From: Octopus bimaculoides
Taxonomy: Eukaryota
Assembly (NCBI RefSeq): GCF_001194135.2
Contig: NC_068987.1
Coordinates: forward strand, 109,875,219-109,939,218
Direction of reading: 5' to 3'
Length of the DNA stretch: 64,000 bases
Shown here: positions 52,298 to 64,000 of the stretch, piece by piece
How positions within the stretch are numbered: the stretch's first letter is position 1
Layout of the letters: the number at the start of each line of letters is the position of its first letter
Notes under the pieces: model-generated
The model's input: only the letters and a program-made list of their open reading frames with translations
Databases searched by the model: none
Told to the model about the DNA's origin: nothing
Position numbers and translations under genes: made by a program

Positions 52298-52520
52298 TTC
52301 TTCTTCTATGAGACCAAAACCTGAACTATGAAGAAGGAGCTTTACGATCACTTTGGTGGTACATATACCAGGTTTCTTGGTGGGGTTCAAAAATATCTCA
52401 TGGCATGAGCACAAAGATGGGATTTATAGACGCGTTCCATCTCTCTTTGTTATTGTTGTTGTGCAACATGGGGTAGGCTTCTCTGGCCATTGCTCTTGGG
52501 CTGTACAACAGGCAGGCTGT
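52298..52520 (+). mobile_element. Decayed RTE-clade LINE ORF2 C-terminal fragment
   Basis: FFYETKT*TMKKELYDHFGGTYTRFL / VGFKNISWHEH / GFSGHC parallels the RTE pattern LLYGSETWTL...LDGTYTRLLR...NISW...FAGHC. Confidence 0.6.
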
Positions 52521-53075
52521 GTAAGATGTTTTAATTTTGGAAACTTCTGTACCTTAATAGAGGACAAGAATTGATAGATAGATAAATAGATTGATAGGTA
52601 GATAGACAGATAGGCAGATTAGATTGATAAATACATAGAAGAGAATAGGTAGATCAATAGATATTTATTTATATTGGCAGAAGTAACAGGATGACTCAAG
52701 GACTGTGAGTTAACGTTAGCTTTGATTGATTGATTGATTGATCAACAGATAGATAGACAGACAGATAGATAGATGGAGAGAGAGATAGATAGACAGACAA
52801 ATAGTTGGAGAGATAGACAGATAGACAGATAGATAGATAGATAGATAGATAGGTGGACAGATAGATAAATGGAGAGATAGATAGATAAATAGATAGACAG
52901 ACAGATAGATTAATAAGAAATTCATTGTCCCAAACTTATAGAACTAATAAAGAAATATGAGAAAAAAATTAATTAAAAACAATTTAACTGGAACATAGTC
53001 AAGTCTCTAAGGTAATAGGCTTGATAGTTATAGCTGTGTGTATGTATGTTTGCATGCATGTATGTGTGTGTATAC

Positions 53076-53115
<40 letters not shown>

Positions 53116-53892
53116 ATATATATATATAGACACACCTATACTCATGTGTATGTGTAATTAAGTATGTATATGTGTGTGTGTATGTGCATATATTTGTGCA
53201 TGTATATATATAGTAAGTACAGATTTGCATAGCATGTGTGCATGTCACGGGCCATAAAACTTGCATGTATTTCGACATGCAAGTATAACTGTATTGCTGA
53301 GCACACGCATACACACACATACACGCACAATATCATGTTTATTACCCGAAAAGAAGCAGGAGATTATCCATTCACAAGTGAGTGAGAGAAAGAGAGATGG
53401 GTGTCGAAGGAGGGAGTGTGGTATTCAGGAAGTACCTGCTTTTGTATCTGAGTCTAACAGAGTGTAAAAAACCAGGTGATGTGAGAGAACAGGTATACCA
53501 TGGTTAACACACCAAATACTGCTGCTGCTGCCAGACTTATAGTCAGCCCTGATCAAGTAGAAATCTTTGATCCAAGGCCTTCCACTTGTGACCATCCTGT
53601 CTTGTTTGTTTAGCATCTTGTATATGTCAGATTGCATTGTCTGATACAACACTGTATTCAAAATAGTAGAGTGTGATTTGGCTACTATTTCTAGCAGGTT
53701 GATTGACTACATAGAGACTTCTTTGTTTGCTTTATTTCTTAGTGTTGTAGTTGTTCTTGCTGTTGAGGCGATAGTGGTGTTGTAGTAGTATGGAGTGTGC
53801 TGTGCTGTTGTAGTATGGAGCATGGAGGTAGTTATCTGACTTGATGCAAGATGACTACGCAATTTAATAGGCTGTTATTTAAGATGGTATGG

Positions 53893-54250
53893 GTAGTAGT
53901 AGTAGTGGTGAGTGCAGGTAGTGTTGAGTGTGGACAGTGGTGATTGAGAGTAGTGATGAGAGTAGTGATGAGTGAGGGCAGTGATGAGTGAGGGCAATGA
54001 TGAGTGTGGCAGTGGTGAGTGAGAGTAGTGATGAGTGTGGGCAATACTCAGTGCAGCCAGTTGTGAGTGAGGGTAGTGATGAGTTCAGACAGTAGTGAGT
54101 GCAGATAGTCAGGTAATGGCTAGTGTAGGCAGTGGTGAGTGAAGGTAGTTGTGAATGCAGGCAGTGGTGAATGAGAGCAGTGATGAGTGCAGGCAGTGGT
54201 GATTGAGGGCAGTGATGAGTGCAGGCAGTGGTGAGTGAGGGCAGTGAGTA
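53893..54250. repeat. Degenerate ~18-bp minisatellite (GTGATGAGTGAGGGCA-like)
   Basis: About 18-20 diverged tandem units. Confidence 0.8.
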
Positions 54251-54797
54251 CAGCAAGGCTACAAGTATTAAATACTGGTAGCATTTTATAGTTGTTTTGA
54301 CAGATCAGCTTCAGTCAAAAACAGACATGCTGTTGTTGTTGTTTAGCCCCAGGTTAGCCCTGAATGAGTCAACAGAACCAATGATCAATGATGTCCGAGC
54401 ATCGATAATCCTATCACATTCTAAGGCATTGTGTATCTAGGACTACATAATCCAATGTGTTCTTTTTACACTGCAACAGTGGGTGTGCAAATACAAGAAT
54501 TGGCTGCTATTTCTTTAATATGGTTGTGGCGGTGGTGGTAGTGGAGGTAACCTGGTGGTTGAAGCAGAGATCATGGGGATGATAATGAAAGCCAAGATGA
54601 TAGTGGTGGAGGAGGGGGGTGGAACCAAATGGGAGTGTTTCGATAGCAGTGGTGGTGGTGGAGGTGGTGTTGATGAAAGAGAGGCAGGTGTGTGGTATAG
54701 AAGAGGGAAGCAGGTACGGATGGTATTAGTGGTTGGTGAAGGAATCAATTTATTTAGCAGGAACAAATAAAAGAAAATGGTGAGGCTGGAGGACAGA

Positions 54798-54836
<39 letters not shown>

Positions 54837-55603
54837 AGGGAGAGGACTAAAGGCCCTATTAGTGTCACAATATCGGTGAAGTGGCATTAATCCTTACAGA
54901 ATCCAACTTCCACTGTAGCTGTCCTGTGTATGGCAAACACATTTACTCAACTAATCCCTTCAGCTCCAGTTGAAAAACTCTTGTCAGAATCACTTGATCA
55001 GGACATATGACTGAGTTCAAACCCCACCACCACCACCACCAACACCACATTGCTTCTTTTTTCAACCTAAAAACGTCCCTATCCACACCCCCACCTTTGC
55101 CACCAATCAGAAACAACATCCCCCTCTCCTCACCACCACCGCAGCCACCGCTACTGCCGCCGCCATGTACCACTACAAAAATAAACCCATACCCACTCCT
55201 CGCTCCTTTGCACTGATCCCTTAGCATTACCCTCAAACCAAACCACTAGTTTATCCGAAGTGAGGAGAGGGGCAGGGTGCGGACGTGTGTGTGTGTCTCT
55301 TCTTCCCCACCTCCACCCTGTCTCTTCCTACCCTCTCTTTTCTTTCCTCGCTTTGGATAGCTATACAGTAAAATAATCTGAAATCCTAACAGTTAGGGAT
55401 TGTCTGACCCAGCAACTCAACCAGAGTCTCCCTCTCCCTCTCTCTCTCTTTCTTTCTCCCCCTCCCCTCTTCACTCTATCCCAGACTTTAAGCAATGATA
55501 TCTTTTGCAACAAGTGCATATAACTATATCAAAGGAGATTCTCATGCTAGAAATAGTAACCAAATCTCCAGCAAACCTCACCCTACTATCATAAGCTTGG
55601 CTT

Positions 55604-55995
55604 AGGTGCAGGTATGGCTGTGCGGTTTAGAAACTCACTTTCAACCAGATGGTTCCAGGTTCAATCTCACTGCATGGTGGCACCTTGGGGCAACTGTTTT
55701 CTACAACAAGCCCTGGTTGACCAATGTCTTGTGAGTGAATTTGGCAGACAGGAACCATAAAGAAACCTACTGTGTTATGTGTGTTTATCTTTGTGTTTGC
55801 CCCTCCACTAGTTGACAACTGGTGTTGGTTTGTTTATGGCCCAGTAACTTAGCAGTTCAGCAAAAGAAACCAATAGAATAAATATCAGTCTTTAAAAAAA
55901 CGTAAGTACTAAGATCAATTTGCTTGGTTAAACCTGTTAAGGTGTTTGCTCCAGCATGGCCACAAGCCAATAACTGAAGCAAGTAAAAGATAAAG
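55604..55995 (+). mobile_element. SINE family B, diverged full length
   Basis: Head GGTGCAGGTATGGCTGTGCGG and family 3' end. Confidence 0.8.
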
Positions 55996-56764
55996 AAGAC
56001 ATCAAATAACGTAGCCCTAGATCATACTAAATATAGAAGGACATTTCATTTCATATTGTTTTGTTGTTGTTTGTATAAGGACATAGAGTGCTCAATACCT
56101 ATAGAGCCTATTATACAACAGACACACCAGTGAGTCAAGACCCAGTGTTATTAGTACAGTTTACTGTAGATACCTCATCGTCGTCATCATCATCATCACC
56201 AGTTAACGTCCGCTTTCTATGCTGACATGGGTTGGATGGTTTGACAGGAGCTAGCAAGCCAGAGGGCAGCACCAGTTACAAATTGTCAGTTTTGGCACAG
56301 TTTCTACAGCTGGATGCCCTTCCTAATGTCAACTACATCAGAGAGTGGACTGGATGCGTTATCACATGCTTTCTATGTGGTGTTGGCATGGGTGCTCTCT
56401 TCTTTTTTATATGTAATGCTAGCACAGACACTCTTTATGTGGCATCGGCATAGGTGCCTTTTATGTGGCATTGGAACTCAACTGTGTAAAACCTGACCAC
56501 ACCTGATGAGCAATCTTTTAATCTCTCCCACTTTATCTCATTCTTTTCCTTTTTAAATTTTTTCTTCTGTTTTCCTTGGGCAGTAATTAGGGGAGAAAGA
56601 CAAGAATTAATGGTCAGTTTTGACTAAAACAAAAGACAGTTTGTAAGAAAGATGTTCCTGCAACTGAAGAAGGGAGGGAATTTTTCCTCCTCTTTCTTTT
56701 CCATCAGATTTATAGAATTTTTACACAAGATACTGATTAAGTAACTCCTTAATACAGTTCTATA

Positions 56765-56925
56765 TTTAAGAGATGAGGAATTATGTACATTATTTACATT
56801 TGACGGATATTTCTCCTCATCTTGCTTGCTGTTAACATGTTTCAGCTGATATACCCTCCAGCTTTCATAAGGTGACTTGGGGAAATTTCAAACCTGGTTT
56901 CTCATTCCTAAGGTATTTTTTGATG
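56765..56925 (-). mobile_element. Penelope-like terminal-repeat relic with degenerate hammerhead-like motif
   Basis: Minus strand CTTATGA-A-AGCTG-gagggtatat-CAGCT-GAAA-CATG-TT (56871-56834), adjacent to an (AAT)n tract. Confidence 0.4.
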
Positions 56926-56928
56926 TTA

Positions 56929-56992
<64 letters not shown>

Positions 56993-57057
56993 CCGAGCTT
57001 GATTTCAGGTAGTGATCTGAATAATAATAATAATAATACACACACACACACATATAA

Positions 57058-57098
<41 letters not shown>

Positions 57099-57422
57099 CA
57101 TACATATATGTATATATGTATATATATACATATATATGTACATATGTATGTACATATATATATGTACATATGTATATGTATATATACATACACATATATT
57201 CATATACTTATATAGATATATACATATATCCGTATACATATCTATACGTACGAATATATATATATGTATACATACATATACACACACAAATGTATATATA
57301 TGTACAAATATATATATATACACATCCACATATGTATATCTATTTGTTTGTATGTATATATATGATATATAAATAAAACCTCTCTTTCCAGAGCCAATTA
57401 TAATGCTTTTGTGTGTGCGCAT

Positions 57423-57487
<65 letters not shown>

Positions 57488-57731
57488 NNNNNNNNNNNNN
57501 NNNNNNNNNNNNNNNNNNNNNNNNNNNNNNNNNNNNNNNNNNNNNNNNNNNNNNNNNNNNNNNNNNNNNNNNNNNNNNNNNNNNNNNNNNNNNNNNNNNN
57601 NNNNNNNNNNNNNNNNNNNNNNNNNNNNNNNNNNNNNNNNNNNNNNNNNNNNNNNNNNNNNNNNNNNNNNNNNNNNNNNNNNNNNNNNNNNNNNNNNNNN
57701 NNNNNNNNNTTATACTTCCTAATATATAGTA

Positions 57732-57793
<62 letters not shown>

Positions 57794-58534
57794 GTGTGTG
57801 TGTGTGTGTGTGTATATATATAGACTGGATCCCTTTTAAGTAATGAGGCTTCAATACTGTCAAAGAACAACTTTCTCACAAATCACTCTGAATATTATTT
57901 TCTAAACCTGGAATAATTCCATTTTGACATTGAGTTTTCGCACACTCGAATGTTACAGTGACAACACTTGCAGTGAACCGACTGGCATCACGGCGCTTGT
58001 GCATGCAATCTTTATTAACCATCAACAGCAAATACCCCTTATTGCATCCAAGAAATGATGAGGTATCAAGGAAGAATAAATAGCACAACAGATAGGTTCA
58101 CTGCTAGAATATCTAGTAATGAGGGCCTCAGGTGTATATCGGAACAAGTAATTACTTTCTGCTGCTCCTTCGGCTAAATGGTAAAGCGGCAGATATGACA
58201 ATGGTTAAACTTTTATAGCCTTAGTTGATCTCTTGACAGAGAGAGAGAAGGAAGAGATGGGCCACATCAAAAACACAGTTGGAAAGTTCAGGGATGTTTT
58301 CAAGATTTACATTTAAGTGCTAAGAAATCTCTAATACCGGACAGAGTTAAATAAGTGAGCCACAATACACGTGGCTGTCATGGTTGGACTGGTGGTTTTG
58401 TGGTTGTCACGGTAGTAGTGCTGGTGGTGGTGGTGGTGGTGTTGTGTTGTGTTGTGGATTGTATAACTTGGGAGTAGTTAGTTTGGAATACAAGTTATGA
58501 ACGTGTACAGAATAAAATAAAGTGTACACACAAG

Positions 58535-58885
58535 TATATCTTTTATCTTTTACCTGTTTCAGTCATTAGACTGTGGCCATGCTGGGACACCACATTGAAT
58601 TTTTAGTTGAATAAATCCACCCTAGTACTTATTTTTTAAGCCTGGTACTTATTCTATCAGTTTCTTTTGCTGAACTGCTAAGTTACGGGGACATAAACAC
58701 ACCAACATTGGTTGTCAAGTGGTGATGTGGGGTGTAAGACAAACGCAAACACAAAGATACACACACACACACACACACACATATATGACAGGCTTCTTCC
58801 AGTTTCCGTCTACCAAATCCACTCACAAGGCTTTGGTCAGCCCGAAGCTATAATAGAAGACACATGCCCATGCAGTAGGACTGAA
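58535..58885 (-). mobile_element. SINE family B copy
   Basis: Reverse-complement 3' half and body. Further minus fragments at about 58900-59040, 60560-60715 and 63630-63835. Confidence 0.8.
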
Positions 58886-59081
58886 CCCGGAACCTTATTT
58901 CAGTTTCAACCTACCAATTCCTCTCACGATGCTTTGGTTGGCCAAAGGTTGTACAAAAAGAGGCAAGCCCCAATGTGCCACACAGTAAGACAGAATCTTA
59001 AACCATATGGTGACGAAGCAGACCGTGTAACTACACAGACATGCATTCATACATATACATACACACATATAAATATACATA

Positions 59082-59138
<57 letters not shown>

Positions 59139-60135
59139 NNNNNNNNNNNNNNNNNNNNNNNNNNNNNNNNNNNNNNNNNNNNNNNNNNNNNNNNNNNNNN
59201 NNNNNNNNNNNNNNNNNNNNNNNNNNNNNNNNNNNNNNNNNNNNNNNNNNNNNNNNNNNNNNNNNNNNNNNNNNNNNNNNNNNNNNNNNNNNNNNNNNNN
59301 NNNNNNNNNNNNNNNNNNNNNNNNNNNNNNNNNNNNNNNNNNNNNNNNNNNNNNNNNNNNNNNNNNNNNNNNNNNNNNNNNNNNNNNNNNNNNNNNNNNN
59401 NNNNNNNNNNNNNNNNNNNNNNNNNNNNNNNNNNNNNNNNNNNNNNNNNNNNNNNNNNNNNNNNNNNNNNNNNNNNNNNNNNNNNNNNNNNNNNNNNNNN
59501 NNNNNNNNNNNNNNNNNNNNNNNNNNNNNNNNNNNNNNNNNNNNNNNNNNNNNNNNNNNNNNNNNNNNNNNNNNNNNNNNNNNNNNNNNNNNNNNNNNNN
59601 NNNNNNNNNNNNNNNNNNNNNNNNNNNNNNNNNNNNNNNNNNNNNNNNNNNNNNNNNNNNNNNNNNNNNNNNNNNNNNNNNNNNNNNNNNNNNNNNNNNN
59701 NNNNNNNNNNNNNNNNNNNNNNNNNNNNNNNNNNNNNNNNNNNNNNNNNNNNNNNNNNNNNNNNNNNNNNNNNNNNNNNNNNNNNNNNNNNNNNNNNNNN
59801 NNNNNNNNNNNNNNNNNNNNNNNNNNNNNNNNNNNNNNNNNNNNNNNNNNNNNNNNNNNNNNNNNNNNNNNNNNNNNNNNNNNNNNNNNNNNNNNNNNNN
59901 NNNNNNNNNNNNNNNNNNNNNNNNNNNNNNNNNNNNNNNNNNNNNNNNNNNNNNNNNNNNNNNNNNNNNNNNNNNNNNNNNNNNNNNNNNNNNNNNNNNN
60001 NNNNNNNNNNNNNNNNNNNNNNNNNNNNNNNNNNNNNNNNNNNNNNNNNNNNNNNNNNNNNNNNNNNNNNNNNNNNNNNNNNNNNNNNNNNNNNNNNNNN
60101 NNNNNNNNNNNNNNNNNNNNNNNNNNNNNNNNNNN
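59139..60135. other. Largest assembly gap (N-run)
   Basis: Other gaps at 11629-12006, 17760-18269, 31380-31757, 33876-34029, 34641-35289, 36819-37511, 39766-40015, 45849-46573, 57487-57709, plus several short ones; nearly all abut SSRs. Confidence 0.99.
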
Positions 60136-60167
60136 AACACAGGCTGTACGGTAATTTATTTTCTTTA

Positions 60168-60240
60168 ACTAGTATAAATTAGTTACTAGTATAAATTAGT
60201 TACTAGATAAATTAGTTACTAGTATAAATTAGTTACTAGA
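60168..60240. repeat. 17-bp tandem repeat (ACTAGTATAAATTAGTT) x4.3
   Basis: Direct reading; one unit has a 1-nt deletion. Confidence 0.9.
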
Positions 60241-61694
60241 TTGCGGCCATGCTGGAGCACTGCCTGCTTTTAAAGGGTCTTTATCAACCACATCAACTTC
60301 AGCATTTAGTTTGTTATCTGGTTTATCAAATGGCTGAGTTCACCTCTTAAGTTATACCCATACATGGAGTTATTTTTCCGTCATGGATTATACCAATTTA
60401 AAATGGTAAACAAGCCCCCCCCCCCACCACAGAAGTTTCTTCAAAGTTTTATTAACAAACTTTCACTCACAAAGCTTTGTATGACAAAGACCCATATTTA
60501 TAACTTAGCAGATGGGATGTCAAAACCAGGAGACAACACACACCCACCTGTAAATGATAGTTTCTTTTAGTTTCCATCTACCAAATGTACATTTAAAAGC
60601 CCTTGGGCAGTCTGTGGCTATGATAGAAGACACTTGCCCCAAGGTGCCATGCAGTGGAACTGAACCCAAAACCATGTGGTTTGGAAGCAACCTTCTTAAC
60701 CACACAGCCATGCTTATATCTTCATCATCATCATTGTTTAACGTCCGCTTTCCATGCTGGCATGGGTTGGACGGTTAGACTAGGGACTGGGAAGCCAGAA
60801 GGCGGCACCAGGTTCCAATCTGATCTGGTAATGTTTCTACAGCTGGATGCCCTTCCTAATGCCAACCACTCCGAGAGTGTAGTGGGTGCTTTTCATGTGC
60901 CACTGGCATGTGAGCCAGTCAGGTAGCTCTGGCATCAACCATATTCAGGTGGTGCTTTTTATGTGCCACCAGCACAGGAGCCAGTCAGTGATGGGGAGAG
61001 ACAGGTATCGACCACACTTGGATGGTGCTTTTTATGTGTCAAATGTCATGCGTATTTATTCACGGTTGTTTATTTTTATAATGACATTGCAGGGTAGGTG
61101 AGAAAAGCTGGATAGTGTCAGTTCGAATATAAGACAAGTAGAATATTTGGGCTGGATATGGTCAGTTTGAATGCTAAAGGGTTAAATCCCTCTTCCAAGA
61201 AAGCATTACGACCCCACTTCTGGAATGGCTGCAGAAGTCCACAGAATTTCTTCAGTCTCTCAATAAACCCAGCCCTGATCCCTATCATTCAACCCCACCC
61301 CACCCCAACCCCCCGTATTTACATCATATTAATTACTCTGAAGTGAGCCACACAACTAAGGAGAAGGAGAATGGTGTTTTTGTTTCAACTGATTAATTAA
61401 GGAAATCAAATATAGGGATGGACGAGTGTGGATGGATATGGGGGGGGGAGGAGATGGACCATGTTATATGGTTGCAAAAGGGGGAGGTGATGGTAGATGG
61501 AAAAGATGAACTGATGATGATGATAAGTTGATATGTTAAGCCCCTGCTTTTTCTTCCAACACAGGGCTCTGTTTAAAACAGCTTCCAGAGATTTGGAAAT
61601 AAAAGGGAGCTTAGTGAGTAGGTCACATGACACAGGAACTCCAGATCCCAGATTAGAAATAAGGAGATAGTGAATGAAGGATGGGATACGAAGA

Positions 61695-62030
61695 TGATGA
61701 TGTTTAGCCCCAGGTCAGCCATGATTGAGCAAACTTATGATCAAAGACATTCCAATTGTGGCTGCCTTGCCTCAGTCACAAGGTTGTAATGAGTTGTTGT
61801 TTAGCCCCAGGCTGACTCTGACTGAGCAAACTTATGATCACAGACATTCCAGCCGTGACTCTCCTGCCTCAGTTACATACACGGCTGTTGTGAGCAGTTG
61901 CTGTTGTTGTTTAACCCAGGGTCAGCCCTGACTAAGCAAGTCTATGATCAAAACCATTCCAACTGTGACCACCCTGTCTCTGTCATGAGGCTGTTGCAAG
62001 TAATTATTCAACCCCAGGCTGGCCTCGACT
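61695..62030 (+). repeat. Tandem ~100-bp module x3.3 (TTAGCCCCAGG...GAGCAAACTTATGATCA..ACATTCCA)
   Basis: Units start at about 61700, 61797, 61905 and 62005; single dispersed relatives at about 15485, 53540 and 54335. Confidence 0.75.
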
Positions 62031-62448
62031 GAGTTCTTTATGTAGGACAGTGGAGTGTGATTTGAGGGCGATTTAGCTTCTATTTCTAGCAGGTAAGCTC
62101 ACTTGGCTTGCTATAGGTAGTTTAATAAGGTAGATAGCCATGGATACCATACAAGGGTATCATAGTAATTTCAATAACTGGGATTCCCTCCAACCACGAC
62201 CACCCACTGCCCTCTCTTCTCTTTTTGTTTAAGGGTAATTTAAAAGACCACTGATAGGAGACATTCAATCTAGGGGCCACTGATAAAAAGATGTAATGGA
62301 GAGGAAAAAAAAAATGGAGAAAGCTGGTGGGGGGCGAAGAGGGGGAAGAGAACAGGGAAGTAATGCTAGAAACTGTGTGTGAGGTATAAATAGTGTAGAT
62401 GCAGTAATGGGATGGTGGTGGTGGTGGGGAGGATAAAGAAAGATAGGC

Positions 62449-62735
62449 GCTAAGTTGAGAGGGAGGGAGAGAGAGAGAGAGAGAGAGCGAGAGCTAAGTT
62501 GAGAGAGAGGGAGAGAGAGAGGGAGCTAAGCTGATAGAGAGGGAGAGAGTGACAGCTAAGTTGAGAGAGAGAGAGAGGGAGCTAAGTTGAGAGAAAGGGA
62601 GAGAGAGAGAGAGAGTGAGAGAGAGAGAGGGAGAGGTAGAGCTAAGTTGAGAGAGAGGGAGAGAGAGAGAGGGAGAGTGAGAGCTAAGTTGAGAGAGAGG
62701 GAGCTAAGTTGAGAGAGAGAGGTAGCTAAGCTGAA
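62449..62735. repeat. Polypurine minisatellite: GCTAAG(T/C)T motif x9 separated by variable (GA)n tracts
   Basis: Direct reading. Confidence 0.9.
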
Positions 62736-63203
62736 GGAGAGGGAGAGAGTTGCTCTGTAGAGAGGTGAAGGAGGAAGGAGTAAAAGAGAAATAGAAAGAG
62801 ATAGGCTGAGAGGAAGGAAAAAAAGATCAGATAGAAAGATGTGTTAGAAAGATTGGGGGTGGTGGGGAAAAAAGAAAGTGAGAGAGAAGGAGAGACAGAG
62901 CTGCTGTGTGAAGAGGTGGGGGAAAGAGGAAGATAATATGAAAGTAAGAAAGAGACAAAGAGAGAAAAGCTAACTGGGACTGAATAAGATGTGTTAGACA
63001 GATGGCAATGAAAAGGAGAGAGAGAGAGAGGNNNNNNNNNNGGAAAGAGGGGGCGGGGAGAGATCTTAAACTGTTAAGGTCAGTGCACAGCAAACTATCA
63101 GATTTAGTCAGTCCATTTTGAAGATAGTTAACAGTGACAGCTTCACCAGGGGTCTGTCTCCGACTTAATGAGGTTTTACACAAACACATCATGTAGACAA
63201 GAA

Positions 63204-63234
<31 letters not shown>

Positions 63235-64000
63235 CCAAGTGCCTGTTTGGGAAACCCCCGGAGCCAACCAATGAGACAGAGAACCACTACCTGGTAATGC
63301 ACCCTGCTAGACATAAACAGCAAACCAACCTTCCTCGAAGCCACCAATCACATCTCGCCCTTAAAACAAGGAAGACACATTCGGCCAAATTAGTCTTTGA
63401 ATATCATTTTTTATGTTGTCTTGTTTCAGTCATTGGACTGTGGCCATCCATGCTGGGGGTACCTACTTGGAATGTTTAGCCCAGTGTTGCTCAACCATTT
63501 TTCACCTAGGGACCTCTTTGGTCCCTATTTTACTTGTATGGAATCTCCTAGATAATTGATATGTAAATAAAATAAAATTCCATTATATCTTTATAATCAA
63601 ATATCAGGATTTTTTAAAGTTTTTTTTTTTACATGTTTCGGCCATTTGGCTGTGGTTATGTTGGAACACCACCTTAATGGGCTTTTTTTAGTTGAACAAA
63701 TCGACTCCAGGACTTATTCTTTGTAAGCCTAGTATTTATTCTATCGGTCTCTTTTGCTGAATTGCTAAGTTACAGGGACATAAACATACCAGCATCGGTT
63801 GTCAAGTGATGTTTGGGGACAAACACGGACACAAAGACATGCACACATAAATATACATATACATACATGCATATATATACACACATATATACATATATAT
63901 ATATACATATTATTTGTATACACATATATACATATATATATATATATACATACACACATATATACATATATATACACACACACACACACACATATACATA

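Larger units (their letters stand above)
9998..64000 (-). other. Very large intron of the dachsous-like gene (upstream exon outside window or hidden in a gap)
   Basis: No cadherin-motif ORF or exon found on the minus strand beyond 9997; region consists of repeats, SSRs and gaps. Confidence 0.65.

Noticed and set aside
62449-62735. CRISPR-like repeat/spacer appearance (also 60168-60240)
   Set aside because: The repeat is only 8 bp, spacers are (GA)n, the context is eukaryotic and there are no cas genes.
1071-64000. Most ORFs in the supplied track (YI/CV/HT/N-rich and X-containing)
   Set aside because: They are translations of microsatellites, N-gaps or SINE bodies and show no domain motifs.

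Overview
Eukaryotic, AT-rich draft-assembly DNA with about 17 N-gaps, saturated with microsatellites and SINE-like repeats. The repeat families and SSR density suggest an octopod cephalopod (Octopus sp.); this is inference, not a database match. The only well-supported gene is a dachsous-type giant cadherin on the minus strand. Three spliceable exons (9997-9811, 5921-5688, 4101-3859) join in frame into about 2.3 cadherin repeats. No other exon was found, so roughly 54 kb (9998-64000) appears to be one very large intron. The introns hold four or more SINE-like families, two decayed mariner/Tc1 transposases, TIR-bearing MITEs, RTE LINE relics, fold-back palindromes and minisatellites. Most notable items: (1) an inverted pair of Penelope-type hammerhead-ribozyme-like motifs at 15.7-15.9 kb, plus two more relics; (2) an unidentified coding-like antisense island at 20.85-21.35 kb interrupted only by TAG; (3) repeated insertion of one SINE family into the same site of another; (4) a GC-box/RFX X-box/CCAAT cluster 2.3 kb upstream of the first exon. 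No prokaryotic systems, CRISPR arrays, rRNA or true tRNA genes are supported. SINE family labels A-D are mine, and SINE coordinates are approximate unless TSDs are given.
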